IMG/VR virus record: IMGVR_UViG_3300033076_001354
Span: 1-64,000 of that record
DNA: 64,000 bases
Direction: 5' to 3' (one strand)
Origin: a virus
Lineage: Duplodnaviria; Caudoviricetes
Position 1 is the stretch's first letter. Every line of letters starts with the position of its first letter. The notes beneath the pieces are model-generated. The model did not search any database. It saw only the letters and a program-made list of their open reading frames with translations, and was not told the origin of the DNA. Below, one piece after another: positions 37,160 through 45,519 of the stretch. The position numbers were made by a program, and so were the translations under genes.

Positions 37160-37286
37160 GCCACTCCTTGTGGTACTTAACCAGTGTGTCGACCACTTTA
37201 GGCTCAAGCGGACCGTTGCTCACGAGCCCCTCGACGTAGAGGTCGAGCTCTAGACTACGAGAATCACAGAACTCGACCACCAGCGA

Positions 37287-37301
37287 CCCGAGCCTCTCGG
37301 G
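37287..37301 (-). terminator. hairpin downstream of the minus-strand early gene
   Basis: CCCGAG-CCT-CTCGGG; no clear U-tract. Confidence 0.3.
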
Positions 37302-37304
37302 GAT

Positions 37305-37787
37305 TTAGCCTACCAAGTTAGCGGCGCGCTTAGCGGCAACCGACTTGATGACTTCGAGGTTCTTAGCCTTGATCGCCTGAATGCGGGCAGCTGCCGCCTT
37401 GACGTCGGCAGAAGCTTGAACCTTACGCTCAGCCTTGGGCTTAGCGACCTTGTCGGCCTTAGCCTTAGCCATCGGGGCGACCGAAGTCACTGCACCGAAG
37501 ACGCGACGGAAGTCAGCAGGCGAAGCTTCGAAGACGGTGTACGACTTGTTGCGCTTAGCGAGCTGGAGGCTGAGCTTGTCAAAGATCGCGGACACGATAG
37601 CCTCGTGCATTTTAGCCGAAGCGCCTGAGCCCACGATAACGCGGCCAGACTTGTAGTTGAACTCGATCTTGCCCCAGTTCTGGGTCTTGATGAAGAGGAC
37701 TGAGTTGCCCTGCTTCTGGATGTCACCGAGGTCCGAGTTGGACTTGATGAAAGCTGCTGTATCGAACGTCACTTTTGAATTAGCCAT
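37305..37787 (-). CDS. hypothetical early protein with Lys/Ala-rich C-terminus
   Basis: AAGGAG RBS; own sigma70 promoter. Confidence 0.75.
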   Translation of the reverse strand: MANSKVTFDTAAFIKSNSDLGDIQKQGNSVLFIKTQNWGKIEFNYKSGRVIVGSGASAKMHEAIVSAIFDKLSLQLAKRNKSYTVFEASPADFRRVFGAVTSVAPMAKAKADKVAKPKAERKVQASADVKAAAARIQAIKAKNLEVIKSVAAKRAANLVG

Positions 37788-37817
37788 GATAAACTCCTTT
37801 GATTGGCTTACTTTTAG

Positions 37818-37846
37818 ATACTATAACAACCAGAAAAAATTGTCAA
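37818..37846 (-). promoter_or_regulatory. sigma70-type early promoter
   Basis: TTGACA-17-TAGTAT on the minus strand. Confidence 0.7.
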
Positions 37847-38061
37847 CCGTTTTTTTCTAGTAATTTTAAGATATGCTGGAACTCCTGAATCGTCTCACGA
37901 TAGATGGAGGCCTGCACTTGGTCCACATCGACCCGTCCTGAGCCTACCCCAGGATACTGTTCGATGATGCTTTCGAGAGCGTTGACCCGCTCCTTATAGA
38001 TCCCGATCCGGTCCATCAGGAACAGTTTCGGGTCGTTTCTTATAAAGTCCGTAGGTGTCAT
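37843..38061 (-). CDS. hypothetical early protein
   Basis: Follows the minus-strand copy of the repeated promoter. Confidence 0.7.
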   Translation of the reverse strand: MTPTDFIRNDPKLFLMDRIGIYKERVNALESIIEQYPGVGSGRVDVDQVQASIYRETIQEFQHILKLLEKNG

Positions 38062-38073
38062 ATTTCTGTTTCC

Positions 38074-38120
38074 ATTGCCATTATCTAGATCTTATACCGG
38101 TCTGGAGAAAATGTCAACCA
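38074..38120 (-). promoter_or_regulatory. repeated early promoter, copy 1
   Basis: GGTTGACATT-N-TATAAGATCTAGATAATGGCAAT on the minus strand. Confidence 0.8.
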
Positions 38121-38151
38121 GAAAGTGCACTTTTTTCAAAAAAAAAATTAG

Positions 38152-38249
38152 TCAATAGAATCAATGGGTTATGCCGTGGCCGGAAAAAACCCTTATATTT
38201 CAATGGGTTAGCCCGAAGCCCAGAAAAACCCTTATATCTCAATGGCTTA
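38152..38249. repeat. three imperfect tandem copies of AAAAACCCTTATATTTCAATGGGTTA
   Basis: One partial and two near-complete copies about 39 nt apart; the middle copy is an AACCC/GGGTT hairpin. Confidence 0.8.
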
Positions 38250-38277
38250 ATTTTTTTTCAAAAAAATGCATTTTTCT

Positions 38278-38323
38278 GGTTGACATTTCCCTAGAACTGT
38301 TATAAGATCTAGATAATGGCAAT
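38278..38323 (+). promoter_or_regulatory. repeated early promoter, copy 2
   Basis: TTGACA-17-TAAGAT followed by CTAGATAATGGCAAT. Confidence 0.8.
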
Positions 38324-38534
38324 AGGGAATAAAGACATGAACGAATACGTATCGAGCTTCGTAGAAGCAATCCTTGAGAACGACACTAATCAAGAACTCA
38401 ACGCCGTGGTGGTCGCCACGATCGTAGAAAAGCACCACGTAGGCAACGGGTACTTCTCGTTTGACGGGATCCTTGACGACCTTACGGACATCTTGGGCTA
38501 CGAGCCTGCAAGTGAAATTCTTGGAAATTGCTAA
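38316..38534 (+). CDS. hypothetical early protein (start 38316 leaderless, or 38337)
   Basis: ORF directly after promoter copy 2. Confidence 0.7.
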   Translation: MAIGNKDMNEYVSSFVEAILENDTNQELNAVVVATIVEKHHVGNGYFSFDGILDDLTDILGYEPASEILGNC

Positions 38535-38541
38535 AAATAAC

Positions 38542-38587
38542 GGTTGACATTTCTTTCAAAATAATATAAGATCTAGATAATGGCAAT
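38542..38587 (+). promoter_or_regulatory. repeated early promoter, copy 3
   Basis: TTGACA-17-TAAGAT followed by CTAGATAATGGCAAT. Confidence 0.8.
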
Positions 38588-38840
38588 AGGAAATCAGACA
38601 ATGACAGATCAAGAATTTCAAATGTTCGGGATGTCTAAGGGGCAGATCGAGCAGGAGTACATCAAGAGCTTCACCACGATGATGTCCGGCATCGAGATGA
38701 CAGTCATCTCCATCCTGTCGGACGCTCAGCACCTCATGGAATTCGGTCAGAACGATCGCGCCCGTAAGCTCATGAACGTCGCGAAGTACATCCTCTCCGA
38801 GCAACTTGACGCGAAACTCGCAGCAAAGAAGGCAGCTTAA
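38580..38840 (+). CDS. hypothetical early protein (start 38580 leaderless, or 38601)
   Basis: ORF directly after promoter copy 3. Confidence 0.7.
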   Translation: MAIGNQTMTDQEFQMFGMSKGQIEQEYIKSFTTMMSGIEMTVISILSDAQHLMEFGQNDRARKLMNVAKYILSEQLDAKLAAKKAA

Positions 38841-38841
38841 T

Positions 38842-39042
38842 ATGACGAACTTAGAATTAGCAAACTCTATGCAACATAAACTCTTCGCCGATCGCGAAAC
38901 GGTCAAGGAAGCTTGGGACTACGCATTTGAGACCATGGGACGTCTCCCTCATCGCGATCAGCCCGCGGCCATTACCGCACTTATGGTTCTTATGAATACG
39001 ATCTCAAAACAAATCATTGAAAATGAAAAGAAAGCTAACTAA
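38842..39042 (+). CDS. hypothetical protein
   Basis: Packed small early ORF. Confidence 0.65.
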   Translation: MTNLELANSMQHKLFADRETVKEAWDYAFETMGRLPHRDQPAAITALMVLMNTISKQIIENEKKAN

Positions 39043-39043
39043 T

Positions 39044-39181
39044 ATGAATACGTACACCTTCACGAGCAAGAGTCGCAGCTACATCAGCAAGCGTCTCGAC
39101 TCACTCTGTGCCAGCGGCTGGAAAGTCAAGTCTCAGCACGCTCACCCAGACGGTGGCATCACGACGACTCTAGTGAGGTAA
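39044..39181 (+). CDS. hypothetical protein (45 aa, below the ORF-track cutoff)
   Basis: ATG at 39044 to TAA at 39181 fills the gap between neighbours. Confidence 0.6.
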   Translation: MNTYTFTSKSRSYISKRLDSLCASGWKVKSQHAHPDGGITTTLVR

Positions 39182-39183
39182 CC

Positions 39184-39423
39184 ATGCAGCTCAGCTACGA
39201 ACTGACACTAAAGAACGGTAAGAAGGTAGGCGTCTGGGACGAGCGCACCAGCGGAGGCATCATCGACAAGTACGTCGGCCCGTTCGCGGATACTGTAGAA
39301 GCCAACAACTACGCCAACGACTTCACGGAAGCGTACCGTATGGGCTACAACGGACGAGCCCGTCTCACGATCATGGAAGATGCAATCTACGTTGCATGCA
39401 CCCGCTGGACATCTTGCGACTAA
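39184..39423 (+). CDS. hypothetical protein
   Basis: GAGG RBS; packed array. Confidence 0.65.
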   Translation: MQLSYELTLKNGKKVGVWDERTSGGIIDKYVGPFADTVEANNYANDFTEAYRMGYNGRARLTIMEDAIYVACTRWTSCD

Positions 39424-39433
39424 GGAGAAAGTC

Positions 39434-39652
39434 ATGAAAGTTATGAATATGAACGTCGAACTGAAGATGTCACCGGCTATCGAGAAGATGCACGCACATC
39501 TCCTGTATGCTTACGACGACTACTACGAGCTCGAGCTCAACGACAGGATCTATGAGCTTCTGGTCTCAAACATCGGAGACATCGTTCGCCAGCTCGATCG
39601 AGACTTCAGACAGGGCATCCTCGATCCGGATCAGTATCCGATCGAGGGTTGA
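39434..39652 (+). CDS. hypothetical protein
   Basis: AAGGAG RBS. Confidence 0.65.
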   Translation: MKVMNMNVELKMSPAIEKMHAHLLYAYDDYYELELNDRIYELLVSNIGDIVRQLDRDFRQGILDPDQYPIEG

Positions 39653-39677
39653 CAAATAAATCAAACCATGGTAGTAT
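39649..39677 (+). promoter_or_regulatory. sigma70-type promoter
   Basis: TTGACA-17-TAGTAT. Confidence 0.65.
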
Positions 39678-39682
39678 CAACT

Positions 39683-39889
39683 ATGAAGATCAGGTTAGAA
39701 TATCTCCCGCCGCTTAGAGACACCTACGGCTCATTCGATGATCGCGACTGGGAAGTCACGGCAGCCGTCTCATACTACGGCAGGCTGGACGACGACGTCA
39801 TCCCATCGTCTTCGTTCCAGATCTATTGGCCCCTGAACCCTTGGGATGAACTTGAAAAAGTGGAAAAGAAATGGCTAAGTCGCTCCTAA
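39683..39889 (+). CDS. hypothetical protein
   Basis: ORF directly after the promoter. Confidence 0.55.
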   Translation: MKIRLEYLPPLRDTYGSFDDRDWEVTAAVSYYGRLDDDVIPSSSFQIYWPLNPWDELEKVEKKWLSRS

Positions 39890-40971
39890 AAGTACGCAAG
39901 ATTAAGAAGCCTAAGGTTACCAAGTCCGAGACTTATCTCGTCAACTTGAAGTATCTCGGCGAAGAACCCGACTCAACCAAGCTGTTTACGCAGGCGGATT
40001 GGGCTAAAGCGTTCAACTGGTACCACAGCATGTGTACCCGCGAAGATGCGCGTCAGTACCTCAAAGACTACTTCGCCGACAACAAGTCTATGCTGAAGAA
40101 GATCGCAAAGATCCCCGACTCCCACATGCCGTACACGGCCGCTTGGCAGTGCCGCATCTGGAAGCGAATGGGAAAGACGATCGATTATGGGTCGCTCGAG
40201 CGGGTTCAGCGTTGGATCGATGAGGCCTCGTCGTTCGCCCGCGAGGAGAAGCCGAAGGAAGACAAGCCCGAGCGACCGACGATCCAAGACCGCATGAAGG
40301 AGAAGATCTCCGAGCTCATCGGCGACATCGAGGTGCTGTACGACGCGGACATGCCTGTCGACCTGTACTCATATCTCCAGAAGAAGGAGATCCCCGCGAT
40401 GTACACCGGTCGAATCGTTGAGTACTACAAGCCGATCCTCGAGGAGATGCAGCTCGCCGCAGCCGGTGAGATCGAGGGCTATGAGTCGTACACCAAGAAG
40501 TGGCTTCGCGACCGAGTGGCCATGCTTGAGAAGATGATCGACGACGCGAAGCGCTACGGTGGCAACGTCAAGAAAGCCCGCGCGCCTCGCAAGAAGAAAG
40601 CACCCACCGCTGAGAAGCTCCTGAAGCACTTCGTCTATCAGAAAGAAAGCAATGAGTATAAACTACAATCGTGTGACCCCGCAAAGATTATCGGCGCTCA
40701 AGAACTGTGGACCTTTAACACTAAGTATAAAACTCTTAGCGTGTTTAGGGCTCGCGGCCCTGCTGGTCTCAGTGTACGGCGCACTACTATTGATGGCTTT
40801 GATAGCGATTCTTCCGTGACGAAGACCCTGCGTAAGCCCGACGAGGTATTGAAGAAGGTGCTTACCGGCGGCAAGCTGGTGCTCCGCAAGCTGATGGATG
40901 ACCTCAAGACCAAGCCCATGAAGCTGGCCGAGCGCATCAACGAGAACGTGATCCTCGTCAAGGTTTCATAA
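39871..40971 (+). CDS. conserved large-myophage hypothetical protein
   Basis: G.EP, A.NWY, P.IQDR, IIGA..LW.FNTK, KTLRKP, RINE..IL motifs. Confidence 0.75.
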   Translation: MAKSLLKVRKIKKPKVTKSETYLVNLKYLGEEPDSTKLFTQADWAKAFNWYHSMCTREDARQYLKDYFADNKSMLKKIAKIPDSHMPYTAAWQCRIWKRMGKTIDYGSLERVQRWIDEASSFAREEKPKEDKPERPTIQDRMKEKISELIGDIEVLYDADMPVDLYSYLQKKEIPAMYTGRIVEYYKPILEEMQLAAAGEIEGYESYTKKWLRDRVAMLEKMIDDAKRYGGNVKKARAPRKKKAPTAEKLLKHFVYQKESNEYKLQSCDPAKIIGAQELWTFNTKYKTLSVFRARGPAGLSVRRTTIDGFDSDSSVTKTLRKPDEVLKKVLTGGKLVLRKLMDDLKTKPMKLAERINENVILVKVS

Positions 40972-41523
40972 TCACCTGAACGAAACTACTTCATTGAGAG
41001 GACCAAGATTTAAGTCTCTTGGAAAATCTGACACTAACTGACCCGCAACCAGAATCTTTTTCTGGTTGTGTTGTCTTATCTTCTCGTCCCACCATTCTTG
41101 AGTCTTCAAACACACGTGCATCGGGCTTCCATCGCTGAAGTTCTTTTTATCCACTTCACCGTCGATGACCATATAGACAAACTTCTCAGCCCTAGAGAAT
41201 ATCTCTTCTAAGACTCGATCAACTTCTTCTTCAGGCACATGTTCCATAACGTATATGCAGACGACGCCGTCGTACTTTTTATCAGGCAAGACTGAATATT
41301 CTTTGACGCCGGGATCATACAAATCTACTTCTACGCCCCAGTATATGTCGTAGCGATCTTTTTTGTATTGACGGGCCTTGCCGCACCCATAGTCTAAAAC
41401 CGTATCACTTTCAGTAAGACTTATAAGATTCGCTATCCTGTCTTTATGTTCATACGTACAAGTTCCGGTGAAGATGTCCGGATTATCCCTGTGAAGATCT
41501 ATGTATTCTTGCCTGTACTTCAT
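40972..41523 (-). CDS. class I SAM-dependent methyltransferase
   Basis: VLDYGCGK, YDPG, V(M)EHVP; inverted relative to its neighbours. Confidence 0.85.
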   Translation of the reverse strand: MKYRQEYIDLHRDNPDIFTGTCTYEHKDRIANLISLTESDTVLDYGCGKARQYKKDRYDIYWGVEVDLYDPGVKEYSVLPDKKYDGVVCIYVMEHVPEEEVDRVLEEIFSRAEKFVYMVIDGEVDKKNFSDGSPMHVCLKTQEWWDEKIRQHNQKKILVAGQLVSDFPRDLNLGPLNEVVSFR

Positions 41524-41533
41524 TTCTGCCTCT

Positions 41534-41541
41534 TATAAATA
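41534..41541 (+). promoter_or_regulatory. T4-type late promoter in a divergent intergenic region
   Basis: TATAAATA on + strand; CTTAAATA variant on the minus strand. Confidence 0.6.
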
Positions 41542-41567
41542 TATTTAAGCGGCAGTGAGAAAGCGCT

Positions 41568-41912
41568 ATGACAAACATCATCCAATTCCCAAAGAACAAT
41601 ACGAATCCACACGGCCTCGAGCTGAACTCCCCCGATCTTCTAGTCGAAGTGAGGAAGGACTTCTGTGACGAAGTCGTGTCAGACGCGTTGGACGCGATAG
41701 TGGCGGTGTTCGCCAGCTACGGCATAGTCTCCCGTGGAGACGTCGCCTCGATAAAAGACATTGTGTTTCTAGAAGAATCCTTGAAAGCTTTGACCTATCG
41801 TCATAAGAACTTAGAACATAGCCTTCATGAGATAATCGATCACACGATCACGATCTCGCCAGAACTAGAGAAGCAGATCGAAGAGAAGTACACACAAAAA
41901 GATTTGACATAA
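41568..41912 (+). CDS. hypothetical protein
   Basis: NIIQFP N-terminus, common in T4-like phages. Confidence 0.7.
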   Translation: MTNIIQFPKNNTNPHGLELNSPDLLVEVRKDFCDEVVSDALDAIVAVFASYGIVSRGDVASIKDIVFLEESLKALTYRHKNLEHSLHEIIDHTITISPELEKQIEEKYTQKDLT

Positions 41913-41932
41913 TCAGTTTACCGTTATATAAT
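41904..41932 (+). promoter_or_regulatory. sigma70-type promoter
   Basis: TTGACA-17-TATAAT. Confidence 0.8.
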
Positions 41933-41966
41933 CTATATAGTATAGATTGAATGGAAACCCAACATC

Positions 41967-42812
41967 ATGATTATCGTAGACTTTCATCAGGTCATGATTG
42001 CCAACCTGATGACACAGCTCGGCAACCACACAAACACCCCGATCGAAGAGGGCCTGTTTCGACACATGGTCCTCAACTCCCTTCGCTCATTTCGCCAGAA
42101 GTTCAAAGACTACGGCGAGATGGTGATCGCCTGCGACGACAAGAACTTCTGGCGCAAGCAGGTGTTTCCCTACTACAAGGCGAATCGCAAGAAAGCGCGC
42201 GACAAGTCTGAGATTGATTGGAACACGATCTTTGAGTACTTCGGTAAGATCAAGACTGAGATCCGTGAGAACTTTCCCTACCGTATGATACAGGTCGACA
42301 CAGCCGAGGCCGACGACATCATCGCGACTCTCGTCTATCGTTTTCAAGCCGAGGAGCAGATCCTCATCCTTTCGGGCGACAAAGACTTCGTTCAGCTTCA
42401 CATGCTGGCGAACGTCAAGCAGTACGATCCAGTTCGCAAGAAGTTCATCACGCACAACGACCCGTTTAAGTTTCGCTTTGAGCACATCATGAAGGGCGAC
42501 GCCGGCGACGGAGTTCCCAACGTGCTTTCAGACGACGACACCTTCGTCACCGACAAGCGTCAGAAGCCTATGACTCAGAAGCGAATCGACGAGGCGTTCA
42601 ACTCCGGAATGGGAGCGATGGTCGACCCATCGATCGAGCGCAACTTCCTTCGCAACAAGCAGCTCATCGACTTGAACTGTATCCCTGATCACATCACGAA
42701 GGAGATACTAAATAAATATGAACAGGAATCCGGCAAAGACAGAAGCAAACTGTTCAACTACTTCATATCATACAAGCTTAAAGGCATGATGGATTCTATC
42801 GGAGATTTTTAA
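41967..42812 (+). CDS. rnh: RNase H / 5'-3' exonuclease (T4 type)
   Basis: WRK..FPYYKANR, EADDIIA, SGDKDF, KGD.GDGVPN. Confidence 0.95.
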   Translation: MIIVDFHQVMIANLMTQLGNHTNTPIEEGLFRHMVLNSLRSFRQKFKDYGEMVIACDDKNFWRKQVFPYYKANRKKARDKSEIDWNTIFEYFGKIKTEIRENFPYRMIQVDTAEADDIIATLVYRFQAEEQILILSGDKDFVQLHMLANVKQYDPVRKKFITHNDPFKFRFEHIMKGDAGDGVPNVLSDDDTFVTDKRQKPMTQKRIDEAFNSGMGAMVDPSIERNFLRNKQLIDLNCIPDHITKEILNKYEQESGKDRSKLFNYFISYKLKGMMDSIGDF

Positions 42813-42813
42813 T

Positions 42814-43230
42814 ATGGCTAGGTTCAGTGTATCTGAGATTCTAAAGAAGTGCAGTGAGTTCAAAAAGAAAGAGGAGCGAGTCGAAGCTCTTCGAGTAAAC
42901 TGCAACGAGGCGTGTAAGATCGTCCTTCAGTATATGTTTCACCCTGACGTAAAGTTCGCGCTGCCCGAGGGTAAACCTCCCTTCAGGTACTCACAGTTCG
43001 ACGAACAGAACATGCTTCACAGCGAAGCGCGTCGACTCTACCTCTTCCTCGAGGGAACCAATCCCGACATGAAGCCGCTTAAGAGGGAGACGCTCTTCCT
43101 CGAGATCCTTCAGTCGGTGACGCCCGACGACGCCGATCTTCTGGTCGCGATGAAGGATAAGAAGAGTCCGTACAAGGGACTCACGCAGGACGTAGTCGTG
43201 GCTGCGTTTCCGGAGCTTTTTCCCAAATGA
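42814..43230 (+). CDS. conserved T4-like hypothetical protein (DUF6433-like)
   Basis: LPEG.PP, L..E.RRLY.F, KRE.LF..IL. Confidence 0.7.
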   Translation: MARFSVSEILKKCSEFKKKEERVEALRVNCNEACKIVLQYMFHPDVKFALPEGKPPFRYSQFDEQNMLHSEARRLYLFLEGTNPDMKPLKRETLFLEILQSVTPDDADLLVAMKDKKSPYKGLTQDVVVAAFPELFPK

Positions 43231-43415
43231 ATCGCTATGGTAACCTTAAAAAGTTATCTACTAAGGGTAAAAAGAAAGACCCTCGCCTTTACGAAGAGGC
43301 CCCAGTCTCCTTCAAAGAAGTAAAGCGCGAACAGTACGAGAGATACTATAGGAACTACGACAACGCGCTCAGGTCGAAGAACCTAGATCGCCTCCTGTCA
43401 TACGACGAGGAATAA
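43227..43415 (+). CDS. hypothetical protein
   Basis: Coupled small ORF. Confidence 0.6.
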   Translation: MNRYGNLKKLSTKGKKKDPRLYEEAPVSFKEVKREQYERYYRNYDNALRSKNLDRLLSYDEE

Positions 43416-43604
43416 ATGGAAAACTTCTACTTCGCCGCGGGATACACCCTCCTTCTTATGATCGTCGCGGCGTACTACTACTTTCACGGAAAGAAGGTAG
43501 GTATCGAGGAAGCCTGCTCAGTCTTCAAGGAGAAGGAGCCCAAGGCCTTCGCAAACATGAAAGCCAAACTACTGGAAGATCTAAATGTCAGAGCAGAAGA
43601 ATAA
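43416..43604 (+). CDS. small membrane protein
   Basis: N-terminal TM helix; GAGG RBS. Confidence 0.6.
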   Translation: MENFYFAAGYTLLLMIVAAYYYFHGKKVGIEEACSVFKEKEPKAFANMKAKLLEDLNVRAEE

Positions 43605-43770
43605 ATCGGTCGCGAGCTTCATCGATGAAGCCTACCGACTCGATCCACAGAAAGAAAATAAAATTATTTTGCCTGAGTATGTGGTCAAAGATATGGTCGC
43701 TCAGGGTTTGAATCCGTTAAATAAAGACGACATCCAAACTTACTGGATGTCCAAAGGCATAAGCGAATAA
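43585..43770 (+). CDS. hypothetical protein
   Basis: Coupled small ORF. Confidence 0.55.
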   Translation: MSEQKNKSVASFIDEAYRLDPQKENKIILPEYVVKDMVAQGLNPLNKDDIQTYWMSKGISE

Positions 43771-43778
43771 GTGTACTG

Positions 43779-44018
43779 ATGGCAAACTATACATTCTTAG
43801 ACACAAGAAATAATAAAGAATTCGATATTGATATGCCTATATCTGAGCTTGACACGTATAAAGCTCAAAATCCCCATCTAGAACAAATGATCAAAAGAGC
43901 GCCGGCACTCGCCGACCCATCCCGATTAGGCATTAGAAAGCCTGATGGGGGTTTTCGTGATGTTCTAAAGAGGATCAAAAAGGCTAGTGGGAGGAGTAAC
44001 AAGATCAATACGTGGTGA
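43779..44018 (+). CDS. FmdB-like T4-type small protein
   Basis: Y.F......EF...M.ISE...Y...NP...KPD.GF.DVL..IK. Confidence 0.65.
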   Translation: MANYTFLDTRNNKEFDIDMPISELDTYKAQNPHLEQMIKRAPALADPSRLGIRKPDGGFRDVLKRIKKASGRSNKINTW

Positions 44019-44042
44019 CAACACCACCGAACAGGGGCCCAC

Positions 44043-44831
44043 ATGGAAAAGCTAACTCGCGCTGAAAAAAGATTACAAAAAGCACAGAGGCGACAGGAGC
44101 AGCAAGAAAAGAAGAACAACCTCCAACTAAAAGACATAACCCCAAAGACTAAGAATCAAGACGTATTCTTTAGAGAGTTCTACAACGGAAAGAACCTATT
44201 GGTTCACGGGCTTCCCGGAACCGGAAAATCATTCCTCTCGATGTACTTGGCTCTGAATGAGCTCGAGAGATACAAAGACTATAAGAAGATAGTCGTCATC
44301 AGGTCCGTCGTCCCATCGCGCGACATGGGATTCCTTCCCGGATCGATCAAAGAAAAATCAGCAGTGTACGAAGCGCCCTACGCAGGGATATGCCAAGAGC
44401 TATATGGACGAGGCGACGCGTACGAGGTGCTCAAAGCCAAGGGCGTGATTGAGTTCACCACATCTTCGTTCCTTCGCGGAACAACAATCGACAACTCCAT
44501 AGTCATAGTCGACGAGTGTCAGAACATGACCTACCACGAGCTCTGCACCGTAGTGACGCGCTTGGGTAAACACTCAAAGGTTCTCTTCTGCGGAGACTAT
44601 AGGCAGACCGACCTCAAGTACGACGATGAGAGGGAGGGAATCATACACTTTATGAAGATCATCTCGAGCATGAAGAGATACTTCTCAACCATTGAAATGG
44701 AAGCAGATGACATCGTCAGGTCCGGGCTCGTTAAAGAGTTCATCATTCGAAGAGATGCGTACGAGAACCCAAGGGTCGTTGTCGTTCCATCCTCTTACGC
44801 GGATTCTCGAGAACCGAAAGTCGTTCACTAA
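44043..44831 (+). CDS. phoH: PhoH-family ATPase
   Basis: GLPGTGKS, GFLPG, LRG.T, DECQN, GD..QTD, DIVRSGLV. Confidence 0.95.
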   Translation: MEKLTRAEKRLQKAQRRQEQQEKKNNLQLKDITPKTKNQDVFFREFYNGKNLLVHGLPGTGKSFLSMYLALNELERYKDYKKIVVIRSVVPSRDMGFLPGSIKEKSAVYEAPYAGICQELYGRGDAYEVLKAKGVIEFTTSSFLRGTTIDNSIVIVDECQNMTYHELCTVVTRLGKHSKVLFCGDYRQTDLKYDDEREGIIHFMKIISSMKRYFSTIEMEADDIVRSGLVKEFIIRRDAYENPRVVVVPSSYADSREPKVVH

Positions 44832-45489
44832 GACGTCTCTCGAGCTCCTCGCCGTCGAGCTCGAGCAAGTCAACACCGAGGCCGGCAGGTTCTATAAGAC
44901 ACCCGCCGGTCTCCTCTACCCATCGGTCACGACCGTAACCGGACTCCTCGGCCGCGCGAGCATCCAAGCGTGGCGCAAGAAGGTGGGCGAGGATAAAGCG
45001 AACGAGATCTCACAGCAGGCCGCGAACCGTGGGACGCGAATCCATCAGCTCGCTGAAGACTACATCAACGGCGACGAGATCGACGTCAGCAAGTATACGC
45101 ACTACGACGCCGAGATGTTTGAGGACCTCAAGCAAGTTCTAGATGAGTCCGTCAACAACATCTTCATGCAAGAAACGAGGATGTACTCGGACTACGTCCG
45201 CATGGCGGGCACCGTCGACATGGTCGCGGAGTTCGAAGGCAAGCGCTGCGTAGTCGACTTCAAGACTTCAAGAAAGCTGAAGCGTTCCGAGGACATCCTC
45301 AACTACTACTGCCAAGCAACTGCGTACGCGATCATGTTCGAGGAGATGACGGGTGTTCCGGTCTCTAGGTTCGCCATCATCATAGCGGTCGACGGCGAGG
45401 GAATCCAGATCTTTCGCGGAAAGAGGGACGACTACGTAGACACCCTGATGATGCTTAGAAAACAGTACGACGACGAAAATGGCTATTGA
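44755..45489 (+). CDS. PD-(D/E)xK exonuclease (phage Cas4-like family)
   Basis: YPSVTT, RGT.IH, AGTVD, VDFKTS, Q..AY; start uncertain and overlaps phoH. Confidence 0.85.
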   Translation: MRTRTQGSLSFHPLTRILENRKSFTKTSLELLAVELEQVNTEAGRFYKTPAGLLYPSVTTVTGLLGRASIQAWRKKVGEDKANEISQQAANRGTRIHQLAEDYINGDEIDVSKYTHYDAEMFEDLKQVLDESVNNIFMQETRMYSDYVRMAGTVDMVAEFEGKRCVVDFKTSRKLKRSEDILNYYCQATAYAIMFEEMTGVPVSRFAIIIAVDGEGIQIFRGKRDDYVDTLMMLRKQYDDENGY

Positions 45490-45516
45490 CAAATTATTCT
45501 ACATGTGGTATAAATA
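45486..45516 (+). promoter_or_regulatory. dual sigma70/late promoter for tmRNA
   Basis: TTGACA-17-TATAAATA. Confidence 0.75.
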
Positions 45517-45519
45517 ATA

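Noticed and set aside
38152-38249. Possible mini CRISPR array
   Set aside because: Only 2-3 degenerate units with about 12 nt between them, no spacer-sized unique segments and no cas genes
38055-38294. 79 aa ORF across the promoter hub
   Set aside because: Runs through inverted repeats and A/T tracts; most likely non-coding
44755-45489. Cas4 / CRISPR adaptation gene
   Set aside because: Lacks the Fe-S cysteines; this is the usual exonuclease next to phoH in T4-like phages
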